A stretch of DNA of 63,979 nucleotides, filler included, from Reticulomyxa filosa (Eukaryota; Protista; Foraminifera): NCBI GenBank assembly GCA_000512085.1. It is 23 parts of 23 records of this genome, joined end to end, with 100 filler letters (N's around TTAATTAATTAA, not from the genome) between each part and the next. Parts side by side here need not be neighbours in the genome. Positions count along the whole stretch, not along the records: positions 24,186 to 27,056 come from ASPP01045168.1; positions 27,157 to 29,608 come from ASPP01007767.1; positions 29,709 to 31,207 come from ASPP01006180.1; positions 31,308 to 33,294 come from ASPP01025731.1; positions 33,395 to 34,504 come from ASPP01026437.1; positions 34,605 to 40,829 come from ASPP01021856.1; 17 more parts are not named here. One strand, given 5' to 3'. The notes beneath the pieces were generated by a model that saw only the letters and a program-made list of their open reading frames with translations, ran no database searches and was not told the origin of the DNA. The translations under genes were made by a program, and so were the position numbers. Below are positions 24,744-37,492 of the stretch, one piece after another. The number at the start of each line of letters is the position of its first letter. Position 1 is the first letter of the stretch.

Positions 24744-26282
24744 CAGTTACGACAAAAAAAATTAGACAACCATAAAATATGAACTTTTTGTATTTCTAAC
24801 CAAAATTTTAGTAGCAAATTGTGATTATTTTTTGGTTTACTGGATATATGTTTACACTTTTATAAGTAGTTTATAAAAACAATAAACAAAAATTTAGAAA
24901 AGTTTTTTGAAGAAAAAAATTTTCAAAAATGATTTGAATTGAGGCACCATCTCCACATCACCTTGAGTAAGTAGTAGAATGTATTTGCTTTTTACAAAAT
25001 TATTTACAAGAAGATGCCTCCACATTAGATATATAATAACTACCGTTACAAACAAATAAAAACAACAAAAATTCTTAATATTTCGTATGACTACCCATTG
25101 CTTTGATCAAAGCTTTTATCATATCAGACATGGATTCCACTAACGTTCTACAAATATCTTTGTTAATATCTTCTCAAACACATCCCAAAGCTTCTCCAAA
25201 GATGTAACCTCATAGTTTTGGTGGATCTTCATCTCTATAATTCGCCACAGATTCTCGATTGGATTTATGTCTGTGCTATGCGGATGATGTTCTAGAGCGC
25301 TATTCGATTATTCTACAAAAATTCCATAGTTGAATTTGACTTGTGACAAGGTGCATTGTCTTGCTGAAAGATAAAGTCATCCTGATACTTTTCTTCGATA
25401 CAATATTGACTAGAGTTCCACATTTCGTCATCGAGAATATCTTTACACAACTAAGAGTTAACAGTTACTGTGATTTTGGCAGCATCACTGACTCCTTTTG
25501 CCCACATGCATCCACAAATCATCATGCTTCATCAACTTTTCACAGTATGCTTAGTAGTACGATCGGAAATCATTTCATTATGTCTTCACCAATGTATTTT
25601 TTTCAGTCAATTCCGAAACGATTTATTTTCGTTTCATCGGAAAAAATTACTTTTCTCCACTAACTTTTGGTCAATGATTTGTGTTTTTTGGCGAAATATA
25701 AACGTAAATTTTTATGGCGCTTAGTTAACTGAGGTTTTTTGATACATATGCGACCATTTAAACCATGATATTTTAAAATGTTTTTCACATTGCTCAAGGA
25801 GAACGCTATTTTATATGTTCGTGCGAGTAGTCACTGCAAATCTACTTCTGTTTGTGCCTATCCAGAGTAAATTAAGTGTATCGCAAGCCTACAATCTATA
25901 TCAGTCTACATTTTAGGATATACATAGTCTCTTTTGTGCGTAATCGTTCTACTGTTGATGATGCTGAAGTAAACGTTTTTTGCGTCATGACTAGAAGCCA
26001 AAGAATAACAATAAAAACAAAAAACTGTTGAAATGTTGAAAAAGAAAAGCTTAGATGGAAAATTGTGACTGCAACTAAAGCAAGTCCAACATGAAAACTA
26101 CCCATTCCGATCATTTTTCAACAACTTTTCTAAATTTTTGTTTATTGTTTTTATAAACTACTTATAAAAGTGTAAACATATTCAGTAAACCAAAAAATAA
26201 TCACAATTTGCTACTAAAATTTTGGTTAGAAATACAAAAAGTTCATATTTTATAGTTGTCTAATTTTTTTTTGTCGCAACTG
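24744..26282 (-). mobile_element. Tc1-family (DD34E) DNA transposon, full length, inactive
   Basis: About 160-bp TIRs (24744-~24905 and ~26120-26282) beginning CAGTT(A/G)CGACAAAAAAAATTAGACAAC, flanked by TA on both sides (24742-43, 26283-84). Degenerate transposase inside. Confidence 0.95.
25080..26113 (-). pseudogene. Tc1 transposase pseudogene
   Basis: GLNGRICIKKPQLTKRH, WRKVIFSDETKINRFG, FQQDNAPCH (25343-25369), STDINPIENLW. D-to-E spacing is 34 after correcting one frameshift. Many stops. Confidence 0.93.
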
Positions 26283-28098
26283 TAGTCGTATTAATACTAC
26301 AATTACTAACTGGACAACAAAGCTACATACTTCAATATGATAGATAAGTTTATATGAGTTCACAATCTAACATTAATATGAACACATGTTCATCATTCAA
26401 TTAGATTTGACTAAATGATATTGTATGTTTATATCTAACTTATGTTTGTTCAAGGGATAATCTGTTTCATCAGACAAATAACAGCGTATATTCATTTAAA
26501 TATTAAAGCAAATATATTAATCACAAACTTATCTGTTTTTTGAATTAGTTAGTTAAACAATTTTTGACATTTGAATCAATATAATTGTAAATGACTGTCA
26601 CATTCAAGCTATATTCAAAGATTTAATTGGAAAACTTTATGTTTTTTGATAAATATGAATTTTTAGTCTTCTCATGTTTTAGACCACGTGAATTTTTGAT
26701 AGTGCAATGCTCCTTTCAGTTTATCAAATACAAATACTGATAGTACATTCAGTATAAACTTTTTAATGTGATAAACTTTAAATTTAATGCATTAGAGTAA
26801 AATTAGCAATCATTGTTTAAATTATCATTTATTACTGTTTACCAAGATCTATAAATTGCCCAAGTCTTCGTTTCCAATAAACGGAAGACCAACAAAAATG
26901 GATAACCTCTGTGCATATTGAACTGGGCATTGTTTCGTGTATTTTGAATCAGTAAGAAAAAAGCAAAACTTGTTGACCTCATTATTCCAACAGCGATTTT
27001 TCTGAAATTGGTCAATCTGTTTTTGAAAACTTTGTTCGTGCTTTTGCACGTTCTTCNNNNNNNNNNNNNNNNNNNNNNNNNNNNNNNNNNNNNNNNNNNN
27101 TTAATTAATTAANNNNNNNNNNNNNNNNNNNNNNNNNNNNNNNNNNNNNNNNNNNNTTTTTTTCTCTTTCATGTTTTTATGTTTCTTGTAAGTTCAAAGT
27201 ATAATCTTGAAAACTACTAAAGTATGTTGGCTGGGTGAGTTTGTGTTGTTGAAAGTATACTTGTTTCTTTTGTATGTCAAAAAGGTTTAAAGAAATATTC
27301 AATTAATTTATGATTTGTAAGTGTCAAGTTACATAATTCAGTAATTTGAACATAATATATTTCTAATTATTGCTTTATTTAATTTAATGAAGTTTTTTAT
27401 TGTATTAATTTCGCTGCTGAAATGAAGTATGTTGTCGCTGCTAAATGTCTTTTAATATTTCAATTGTATTTTAAATAACGTTGCATTGTTGTTGAAAGAG
27501 TACCTGCGTGTTTATTGCTAAACTACAGAATATCAAGCCAAATAATTATATATTATATATTAACAAATTTCATTTTTTCCAAGATAGCAATATCACCAAA
27601 CTATCAAAAAAAGTGCCAAAGATGTACTTGTTTAATAACATTGTTTTTAATGAAGTTAATATCAAAATAATACAAGTTAAAAAAATGATTAAATATAAAA
27701 TAGAACAACAAATATAACTTTTTTGTAATTTCATTTAGTAAATTACAAAAAACGTATACAAGATCCAAGTTCCTAGAAAGTGCCAAACTTTTCAATGATT
27801 ATTTTTGTGAAATTTGTGTTGCTAACAGCATTATTTGATTGAGCACTTTCAGTCAAAGAAAATTCACGTAGCAGATCAAATCAAGGTTGATATAATTCTT
27901 TTAATTGCAACTCTCATTTATTGCTTTTCAAAATCAATTCATACACTTTTTCCATCCTAATTTTTCATATGCTTTGCATAGATTGTCTTTATTCTATAAA
28001 TGAGGGATTATGTTATTTATATTTCTTCTCACCAAGGCTTAAAACAATGTGTTTTGGTTGTTGACTGTCGTCCTAAAAAAATAGTGAGTGCCTTGTAT

Positions 28099-29608
28099 AT
28101 GCGTGAAGAATCTATTCGAGTATTGGGCAGATTTCGCCCTATAAGCAGCTCAGAAAAAAATCATCAAACACAAGAGGTAAGTGATCTTGTTATCAGTTGC
28201 GACTGATAGATTGTCAACAAATGGAAAACACAGGTGCTAACTGACGTTCCTCCAATATTTGTATCTCCTCAAAGCGTGAAATTAGCCCGAGATCATGAAA
28301 GTGAGCAAAATTCGTACAAATGCACATTGGACAGGATCTTTCCGCCTGACTCGACTCAACACGAGGTTTTTTTGCACGTTGGAAAGCCAATGGTGGATGC
28401 TGCATTAGAAGGATATAACGCCACCATATTTTGCTATGGACAAAGTGGAGCAGGCAAATCTTTTACAGTTGAGAATAAGCTTCGAATAGGATTGTTTGTG
28501 TATGTGTGTAAATGTGAAAATGTAAATGAAAGGAATGAACGAACAAACAAACAAATGAAAGATGTTTGGGCCAGAGCCAAGTGACAAAGAAAGATTGAAT
28601 AATAAAGAATTGAAGGGAGTGGTGCCCCGATGTATTGAATACTTGTTGGAAAGTTTGACAGGCCGTGTGAAGCTTGCATCCAAAGATGTTTTTAAAAAAG
28701 GACACGATGGCGAGCGTCGTAGTGGCGATGATGACACCGGCGTTGGCGATGAAGGTGATCATCAACCCAATGACAGCAATTCTTATTCAGTCAAAGAATG
28801 GAAAGTTTATGTCGAGTTTATTCAGATTTACAAAAGTTTTGTGAACGTTCTTTTCTTTTTTTTTTTTTTTGTTTGTTGTTGTCCCCTCGTAAGAAAGGGA
28901 TAATGTGTTATTGTTGTTGTGTATGCACACATGATGTGTATATATATATATGTATATACATATATACATATATACATGTATAAATATGTATATGCGTTGT
29001 ACATTGCTCTGTACCTCATCAAATGGGTATAGACGATTTACTGGATTTATTGGACGCAAAATCAGACAAAAAATTACGCATTCGGCAAAATTTTCAGACA
29101 GACACGACTCAGGTCGAGAATTTGACGAAAGTTTGTATCACCAGTGCCAAAGACTTTGACAAGTCTCTGAACAAGGCGGTCGGCAATCGTGTTGTAGCGA
29201 AGCATGCGCTAAATGCGGTGTCTTCTCGTTCCCACATGCTTGTCATGCTATCCGTGGAACAGATGGTTTGTTATGCACGTTTTGTGTTTGTTCGTCTTGT
29301 GTGAGGGAGAAGGACCAATGGACGACGCATCCCAAATGAACAATACACGAACAGATGATCGATGCTTCGGTGCGGACGTCCCGTTTGAACTTTGGTGATT
29401 TGGCCGGAAGCGAGGACGTGACCAAAGCTCTTGGAGACAACCCTGATCCTGAAAGGCTTAAAGAAGCCATTGCGATAAACAGTTCGTTATCGGCATTGAC
29501 CACCGCCATTTCGACACTATCCCAAGGACAAAGGCCGTCCTTTCGCTCCTCTGCTCTCACTCACATTTTGCAAGGTTGCTTCTATTATGTGTGTGTGTGT
29601 GTGTGTGT
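28099..29608 (+). CDS. N-terminal-motor kinesin, 5' part (multi-exon)
   Basis: IRVLGRFRP, GYNATIFCYGQSGAGKSFT|M (P-loop), GVVPR, NAVSSRSH (switch I), DLAGSE (switch II), INSSLSAL, LTHILQ. Confidence 0.96.
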
Positions 29609-29708
29609 NNNNNNNNNNNNNNNNNNNNNNNNNNNNNNNNNNNNNNNNNNNNTTAATTAATTAANNNNNNNNNNNNNNNNNNNNNNNNNNNNNNNNNNNN
29701 NNNNNNNN

Positions 29709-29929
29709 GGCCAGGGCACCTGACAGGATGTAGCTGATGATCTCCATGTCGCGATGCGGGTGTCGGCCAAAGCCGCTGCCGGCGGCGATGCGGTCGTCGT
29801 TGATGACGCGCAGATTGCCCCAGCCCATGTGCGCCGGGTCGTGATAGCCGGCAAAAGAAAACTGTGGTGGCTGTCCAGCCAGCCGTGATTGGCGTGGCCG
29901 CGTTCGGCGGCCGGTCGTTTGATCAGCAT
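29709..29929 (-). CDS. Bacterial pirin (YhhW-like), 5' part
   Basis: [47 protein letters not shown]. One-base shift in a T run at ~29853-29861. Confidence 0.93.
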
Positions 29930-30062
29930 GGTGTGTCCTTTCTGCAGCGGTTATTGTCGCCCAACCGGCGCGGTGGCATGACGAAGATTCCTGAGCATGC
30001 TCTTCAGGCGGTCTGAAGAAGCCGGTAGGCGGCCAGCGCTTGGCGAAAGGGGCGAGCCGGCG

Positions 30063-30939
30063 CTAATGCCCGTAGCGAGCCAGCAAGGTGTCGGCGGCGA
30101 GTCGCCCCAGCGCGTTGGACGCCAGTGGCGAGTCGCCGGTCAGCAGCAGGCCGTCGCGATGGCATTGCCCGCTGATGCCTTCGTTCAGCACTGTCATGCC
30201 CAGATCCTGCAAGCGGGCGGCCAGCAGCCACGGCATCGGCCCTGGCAGGTAGCCGATGTCCAGGTTGGCGCCGGCGTCGATGGCGTCGGGAAACACGCAT
30301 AACGAATAATCGCGAAACAGGAAGCGGCTGGCACTGTCATCCAGCGCGGCGGCCAGCAAGCCAGCGGGGCCATGGCACAGCGAAATCACGTGACGGTCAC
30401 TGGCGATGGCCCACTGCAATAGTTGCTTCAGGTCCCGGCTATACGGCAGGCCGTTGAGCGCGGCGTGCCCGCCGGGGATGAACACCGCCAGATAAGGGGA
30501 GGGGGCGTGGCCGCTGCGCGGCAGGATGTCGGCCAGTTTGCGCGGCGCGTGCAGCTGGGGCAGCAGCTGACGGTAGAAGGCCATCACGGCCGCATCAGCA
30601 TGCGGCATGGCCCAGTGCTCCAGCTTGACGGGGTTGCCGGACAAGGTGGCCAGCTCGATGGCAAAGCCGGCGTGGTGCAGGTGCATCAGCGGCAGCAGGG
30701 TCTCGACCGGGTGGTTGCCTGTGGAGAACAGCTTGCCGTTGCCCATCTTCAGATAGCGTTCGTCGCTGGCCACCACCAGAATGCGGCCATCGCCGCGGTA
30801 GCGCTGGTTGTAGCTGCCACCGTCAAAATCGGTGTGTGGTGCCGTGTACTGCGACAGCGAATAGGGCGAGGGGAAATAGGCATTGTCTTCGGCACGGTCT
30901 GCCTGCGGTGCCTTTGCTTGGCGTAGCGGTATCGCTCAT
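30063..30939 (-). CDS. hchA: Bacterial Hsp31 / glyoxalase III (DJ-1/PfpI family)
   Basis: AEDNAYFPSPYSLSQYT, DERYL..GKLFSTGNHPVETLLP, FIPGGH, SLCHGPA, LTGDSPLASNALG. AGGAG RBS before ATG 30939. One extra base at ~30913-30915. Confidence 0.95.
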
Positions 30940-31032
30940 GACGGGCTCCTTGCTAATGTCGGCTGCATGTGCAGCTTCCTCAGCATAGGCTTCCCACCGT
31001 CATGATATTAAAGAATGCCTATGGTATTGCTT

Positions 31033-31207
31033 TTACCCTTGGGCAGCCTGACGTCGTAACAGGCGGCTATGGTCGATCACGCTGGCGGCGCGCGCGCGCA
31101 GTTGGCCGCAGCCACCGTCCACGTCCTGCCCCGCCGAGTTGCGTACCTTGGTCAGGACGCCGTGTTCGTGCAGATAGCGGCGGATGGCAGCGACGCGGTC
31201 GTCGTCC
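31033..31207 (-). CDS. Bacterial RlmN/Cfr-like radical-SAM RNA methyltransferase, 3' end
   Basis: RYLHEHGVLTKVRNSAGQDVDGGCGQLRAR, compare RlmN RxxxGxDIDAACGQL. Not in the ORF track. Confidence 0.85.
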
Positions 31208-33992
31208 NNNNNNNNNNNNNNNNNNNNNNNNNNNNNNNNNNNNNNNNNNNNTTAATTAATTAANNNNNNNNNNNNNNNNNNNNNNNNNNNNNNNNNNNNN
31301 NNNNNNNTATATACCAATGTCAATAAATATACATGCTCATTAAACAAAATCTTTTATTTGTTGTTGTCAACGTCGTTGATGGCAAATGTCTAAATTCAAT
31401 CGATTCAACAACACAAAATAAATAAACAGAATTGATTCGTTTGGCTGCCGATAACGAAGACAGTAAAGCCATTGAAAAATTGACTGATGAACATTATCCA
31501 AAAAAGACACTTAAATAAACAAATTGAAAACTTTAATTTGGAAATGTTAACACAACGGCCGAAATTAATAACGACTTTCTGTCGAAAGTATCTGTTAAAA
31601 AATACGCGGAAAATCCCGATATGAACAAACTCGGAATCAACACGATATTCAAAAAGAAGACATGCTCAAAAACAATCGATTGCTGCAAGATCTCTTTACA
31701 GCTTAAGTGTTTGACATTAAGTTGGTATTATCTAAATTGACGAAGGAACAAAACAAGTTTCAATCGTCTATTTGTACACAAACATTCAAACTTCTGATGA
31801 ATCTATGTGTAATTTCATTAATTTACTATTGCCAGCCAGATTGATGATTCACAGTTTAAAAAAAATTATAAACTACTCTCCATTTATAATAAACAAATTG
31901 ATTGTTATCACCCAACCATAAAATCTCAAATTTTCAATCAACAAACAAACAAATAAATAAATACATATATATATATATATATCAAATATGGTAGGAACTT
32001 ATCGTGCGCAGAAGACTTCGACAATTCGGAGTCCTGCAGTGGCCATTAGCTATTCTATGCATGTAATACTGATTAGGACTCCGACCAAAGGTAAGATGAC
32101 ACTGGTGATGGGGACGTCAGTAGCGACGATTGCCTGTGCATGAGTGTCAGTGCGGTCTGTGTGGTGGCATTGCTCGGAGATTCTGGGAAAGGTGACAGCG
32201 GGATGTTCACATAAATTGCTCCGCTTTCTGAATTCTTGCTTACTGACTAGTTGTTAGATCTCATTTCCTTAGTCTTTGTGGAGAAACTGTACATCATCAA
32301 AATATATTTATCACATTCGTGACTGATTATGGCGGGATTTGTACCAAATATAGACGCACGTGTAAGTCACAATTTGAATGAACTGACTCAGTAATTCCAA
32401 CACATTGCAGAAGAATAGACTTGAATGATTCATTTGCTATTTTTGAACGAAATCAATACAAGTCCTGACGTTGGTGCGTTCAAAGAAGTATTTTGTACTC
32501 ATAGTTTGAAGGGAAGAGAATTTCCAGGCAAATGTTGTGGTCATATATACATTGAACGCTTTCCGAAGTTACAGAAAACAATGAAAAGAGTCACAATGTC
32601 AACAAATATTGATATGTAGAACTTTGGATCGTTGTCCGAGTCAGACGAGCAACAATACATTACACTTATTACCACCAATTTATTGTCTAATAAATCCGAC
32701 TTTTTGGATAAACTGCAATGACTTAAAGGAACTGAAGATAGTTTTTCAATACTCGTGAAGCTGTCGGCACGTATCAAAGTGTGAGTCCATAACGTTGGCA
32801 TTGGCACAATGATACTACTATCGGTTAAATGTCAAGCAAATGTTCATGTATGACGATGCCATCCGACAAAAGCTAGTCGAAGAGTCAAAGCAGCATATCG
32901 AATTCGAGAAACGGTGGAACAAAGGTAGTTGTGTTACGTCCGAAAACTAGAAATCTAGCCTGGAATTACGCTCAATCTCGCTTTTCGAGAAAATTTGTTT
33001 ATCATTTTGGTCGCTTTGGTCACCAACTCCTACTATTGTTCACTTGCAACATATACGTTGCGGTTAATCGACGACTATATACGGCAGATGCATATGTACA
33101 GTCCCCCCAAGTAAAGGTAAAGTCATTAATTTGGTAAGAAATACTATGACATAAATACGCATATGGACACTGCATGAACATACACAGAAACATGAAAGAC
33201 ACGAAAACGACATTGACGAATACTTAAAGAAAAACAAAATAAATAAAAGTTAATTCAAAGATATACTTATAAAATAAGTTATTAAAAGATAAACNNNNNN
33301 NNNNNNNNNNNNNNNNNNNNNNNNNNNNNNNNNNNNNNTTAATTAATTAANNNNNNNNNNNNNNNNNNNNNNNNNNNNNNNNNNNNNNNNNNNNCATGAA
33401 TATTCCAAAACGTCAAAATTTTGTTTTTTATTGAACAATTTAGATGCTAAAAGTAAAAGGTAACAAGCAGAAACTTGCTGCATACATTTATTACTTATTG
33501 CTTCTTAAAATCTGCATTTGCTGATTATTAAGAAATTTGTTTCAAGGCATAGTTATTTTGTAGTTTTATCGTCAGCTTGTAGATGATAGAAAGTTGATGT
33601 CAGTTTTTCAATTTTACAATAGATATTCTAAGATAAAATTGTATGTTATGTTTCATCTAAGCCTATATCAATTTGATTTCATTAGCCTGTATAGACACCA
33701 TAATAGTATATTTGCAAGAAGCAGTTTTCATTTTCATTGAAATTTTCTTGTCAATTTTTTTTTAGTATTCGACATTTGTTGGATCCTAACATTAGCAGTA
33801 TACTTTTCTTTTTGCCAGTATTGTTTTTTGTTCAGAATTTTTCAAAAAATCGTGGTTATGTTCATAAAATAAAATAAAAACTTTTGAAGTGAAGCACAAA
33901 ATAGTTTGTCTATGAGCAAAATTTCATAAGAAACAAGGTAAATAGTAATTGTACAGAAAATGATAATATAAATTAACCACAAACGACAACAT

Positions 33993-34460
33993 ATGAAGAA
34001 ACCATCGGAGAGGAAAGTTATAAATGAAATTTTAAAACATGAAGATAAACAAAACGATGACGAAGAAAATGCAACAATAAAAAGCAACATCAAAGATACA
34101 AACATGGCCGATGAGAAAAATTACATATATGAAACACCAGCAAATGTTACAGTAAAAAAGATAGGAAGAGACCATTGCCACAAATAATAGCAGTAGAAGA
34201 CGACGGAGAATATGAAAAATATAATGCTAAATCTAGTCAAAAAATTGATAAATTCTTGATGTGATCAAACAAGCGAATGAAAACAAAGGCATCAACTTCT
34301 ACGAACCAAAAAATATCACCAAAACTGTTGTCACCGAAGAATTTATTCAAACAATCCGAAAAACAATTGTCTCCGAAGAAATTGTTAAACCAAACGTTGC
34401 CTCCAAAAAACGAGTCAAGTCGATCCAAAAAACAATCATCTCCGAAAAACATGTAAAGCC
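33993..34460 (+). pseudogene. Interrupted low-complexity ORF with SPK(K) repeats
   Basis: KISPKLLSPKN..QLSPKK..QSSPKNM from degenerate AAAACAATTGTCTCCGAAGAA units. In-frame stops upstream. Confidence 0.35.
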
Positions 34461-34628
34461 AATTTGAAAATTGATGAAACTTTATTAGAAATTATCATTT
34501 CTTTNNNNNNNNNNNNNNNNNNNNNNNNNNNNNNNNNNNNNNNNNNNNTTAATTAATTAANNNNNNNNNNNNNNNNNNNNNNNNNNNNNNNNNNNNNNNN
34601 NNNNATAATAATAATAATAATAATAAAT

Positions 34629-34659
<31 letters not shown>

Positions 34660-34682
34660 TACATATATGTATTTATAATTGA

Positions 34683-35145
34683 AGATGATGGTGGAGTAGA
34701 CAAGAGGAGATTAGGTATGTCGACACGATTGTTGATTGAGAATAAAATTGAAGACTTTGTTTGCTGTCGTAACAATAACGGATCACAAGACGACCGCGTA
34801 TGCCAATTCAATAAAAAAACTGGTTATCATATTTCAGCATTGATCACGTTCATTTGCTCTGCATTATTTCACTTTTACCCTTTGTATTTGATCATCAAAG
34901 ACGCCCCTTTTTTCTCGGAGAATGCCAGTCGAGATTTCAGCAGTGGTGTGTACATTACCACGGGGCTGTCTTTGATGATTCTGTACTTTGTCATTCAATG
35001 GGCTTGCATTATCATTGAACAAAAGCTGCACATTTCCACCAACGCCAGCAAATACGTTGTTCGCTTATGGGTTTTTGGTTACATTTTGTTGTTGTCTCCC
35101 TTATTCTTTGTCCCATTGCTCTTGACTTTGCAATTATATCAATGA
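34683..35145 (+). CDS. Multi-TM membrane protein, 3' exon
   Basis: Open 142+ aa frame with three hydrophobic helices after a (TA)n intron. Family unknown. Confidence 0.55.
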
Positions 35146-35762
35146 ACTAACCACACATACACAGACAATGCTTTCCCACTTTTCTCACCAACTGCAAACA
35201 ATAGCGAAGAACAATCTTCCATTGTTTTCTTTTGTTGCTTCTCTTGTTGTTGGTGCTATTCGCGTACCACTTTGCGATTTTTTTTTTTGTTTTTGACCAA
35301 TTCAAAAGTTTGTCTCTTTTCTTTCTGTTCGCTTCATCTCATTAAAAAAATAAAATGTTTTTTGTTGTTTGATCGGTTATTTTATTTTTTGATATGGAAT
35401 TTGTGTGAAAATACATTTCCAAAAAATATTATCACGCCTAAAATTATTTTCAATCACTTGGCTTGTTTGTTGCAAAATTAGAGTTCAAAAAAATTTAGCT
35501 TAAACAACATATACAAAAAATTAGAGAAACTTAGGAAGTGGCTCAAGTAATTGATTAAATTCTACTGGCTGTTCTTGATATGTAACAAAGATTCTGGTTT
35601 GCCTAAAGGAATAATTTTTATTTTTTAACTAAAAAAATCAAACTCAACACTAACAAGTGCTAGTCTACTCTCCAAAAAAAGGACATTTTTTTAGTAGATA
35701 AAAATCCTTTTTGCGTTGCTTTTACCATTAATTATTTGATTCTGAGGCAGAAAAATTGCAAG

Positions 35763-37050
35763 ATGACAGAAGTATTTAAGTATAGATCGGTTACAAAAAA
35801 AATCCACTTGCTTCAGGCAAAATGGAAATTGAAGTGTTTTTTCCAAGAGTTTTGCGAGTCACCGAGTAAAGGGCTAAGGTCACTTGAAAAACTTATGTTT
35901 GACGCGGATACCTTTACTGATAATAGAGCTCGACATTCTTTAGCTGAAAAACTTCATGGGTACTGCTTAATTTGTTTATTTATCATAAATTTTAAAAATC
36001 ATATTGTAATGAGTATTTTTTTTTTAATAAGTTTTATGGAATTAGGTGGAATGGCAAAAATTAAAGAGATGTTAAAATCTTGCATTTTATCTGAAGATAG
36101 CACAATATTGCATAAATGGTTGAAATTGTTGAATAATGATAATTTTCCATTTGATGAAGAGCTTATGATAAATGAATTAAATATGGTTAATTTTTTGAAT
36201 GATTTAAAAAATCAACATTGGATTAATACGTATTATAATAATGGTAAGCAAATTGATTTAATTTTTAAACGATGGAACAAAATTATTCAAAATAACAAAG
36301 TTGATCAAGTGAAAAGAAAAAAGTTGGTTTTTATGAAAATGAAAATAAAGAAGAGCAGGTCCATTGCATTGTATATTTTACAGAAGATGCAACTCTTCAA
36401 ATTTCACGTTCAACACAAATTCCATTTCAAAGTTGAGAAGAATTTTTGTTATTTTTTTTTAAAAAAAAGAAAAATAAAATGACTTTTTTTTATCAATCAC
36501 AAAAAAAAAAAAAAAAAAGAAAAATTAAAATCGAAATATCATAAGAAATTGGAACAAGATTTATCAAAAAGAACTGATCTTGGTATTACAAAACTTGTCG
36601 ATATGACAAAAGGTAATTATGGTAGGAATGATAATGGAAATGTCACAATTAATCCACGATTTTTGGGTGATTTTCCTTGTAACAATCCAAATCTCTTGCA
36701 CAAGTATGAAACTTGTGCAAAAAATTCAGATCAAAATGTTTATGATCAACTTAATGCTGACCAAAATAATTTGTTGATTGGTGGAAGGTTAACATCAACA
36801 ATGCATAAAAAAAGACGTTTGAATGATGGAAATGTGTTAATTGTTGACGTTAATAGCAGGTAATGCAAACAAAGAATATACGTATATATGTTTTCAAAAA
36901 TATCATATGAATAAATCTGTGTTTAAATATTAAAAATAGTTTAAATGAGCCGATCAGCATGCCAATATTGTTAAATGATCGAAATTATCAATTTCAAAAA
37001 TACAAACATGAGAAAAATAAGATCACTCCATTTATTTGTGAGAGATGAAA
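35763..37050 (+). CDS. TFIIS-N (TND/LW) domain protein with PP1 RVxF motif, PNUTS/PPP1R10-like
   Basis: FMELGGMAKIKEML..ILHKWLKLL..FPFDEELM..IDLIFKRWNKI. Adding one A at 36317-36322 gives KRKKVGFYE..VHCIVYF. Multi-exon, 3' end approximate. Confidence 0.6.
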
Positions 37051-37492
37051 TTCAGATATACAATGCTATTCCCCTTTTTCGTTCAAATTCGTATTTTGAT
37101 TAGCGATTATCTCAACTGCAGTTCTTTTTAAATACAAATAAAAGGCGAATTTCAATCCAGAGAATTCCATCATTGAGATCGCGTTGTAAAAGAAATTAAA
37201 GGAGGAATCAACTACCTTCGATTTAATTATTTCAATGCATTGCATTATTTTCTTTTGTGTAAAAAATTTGTTAATAAACATTCAAACAATTTTTTTGAGC
37301 AATTGTACAAAAATGCTTTGAAATGTTTTTTACATTAGTGACAAAACTCCAAGAAAATGAATTATAATAATATTGTCACAAATCTATACTTTTTCTTTTA
37401 TAAAAAAATTTGTTCATTACAGTGCTCAATGATTTTGTTACAAGAGTTAAAATTTTTTATTTGAAAGTATCTCAAATCTTGAAATATTTTTG

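Noticed and set aside
24900-25700. Stop-codon reassignment explaining in-frame stops
   Set aside because: Stops co-occur with frameshifts only in decayed elements. Long intact genes (Oxa1, TMEM135-like, WD40) read normally in the standard code.
8132-36431. Cluster of three PP1-docking-motif genes as one system
   Set aside because: They lie on separate unlinked contigs, so co-occurrence in the window is arbitrary.
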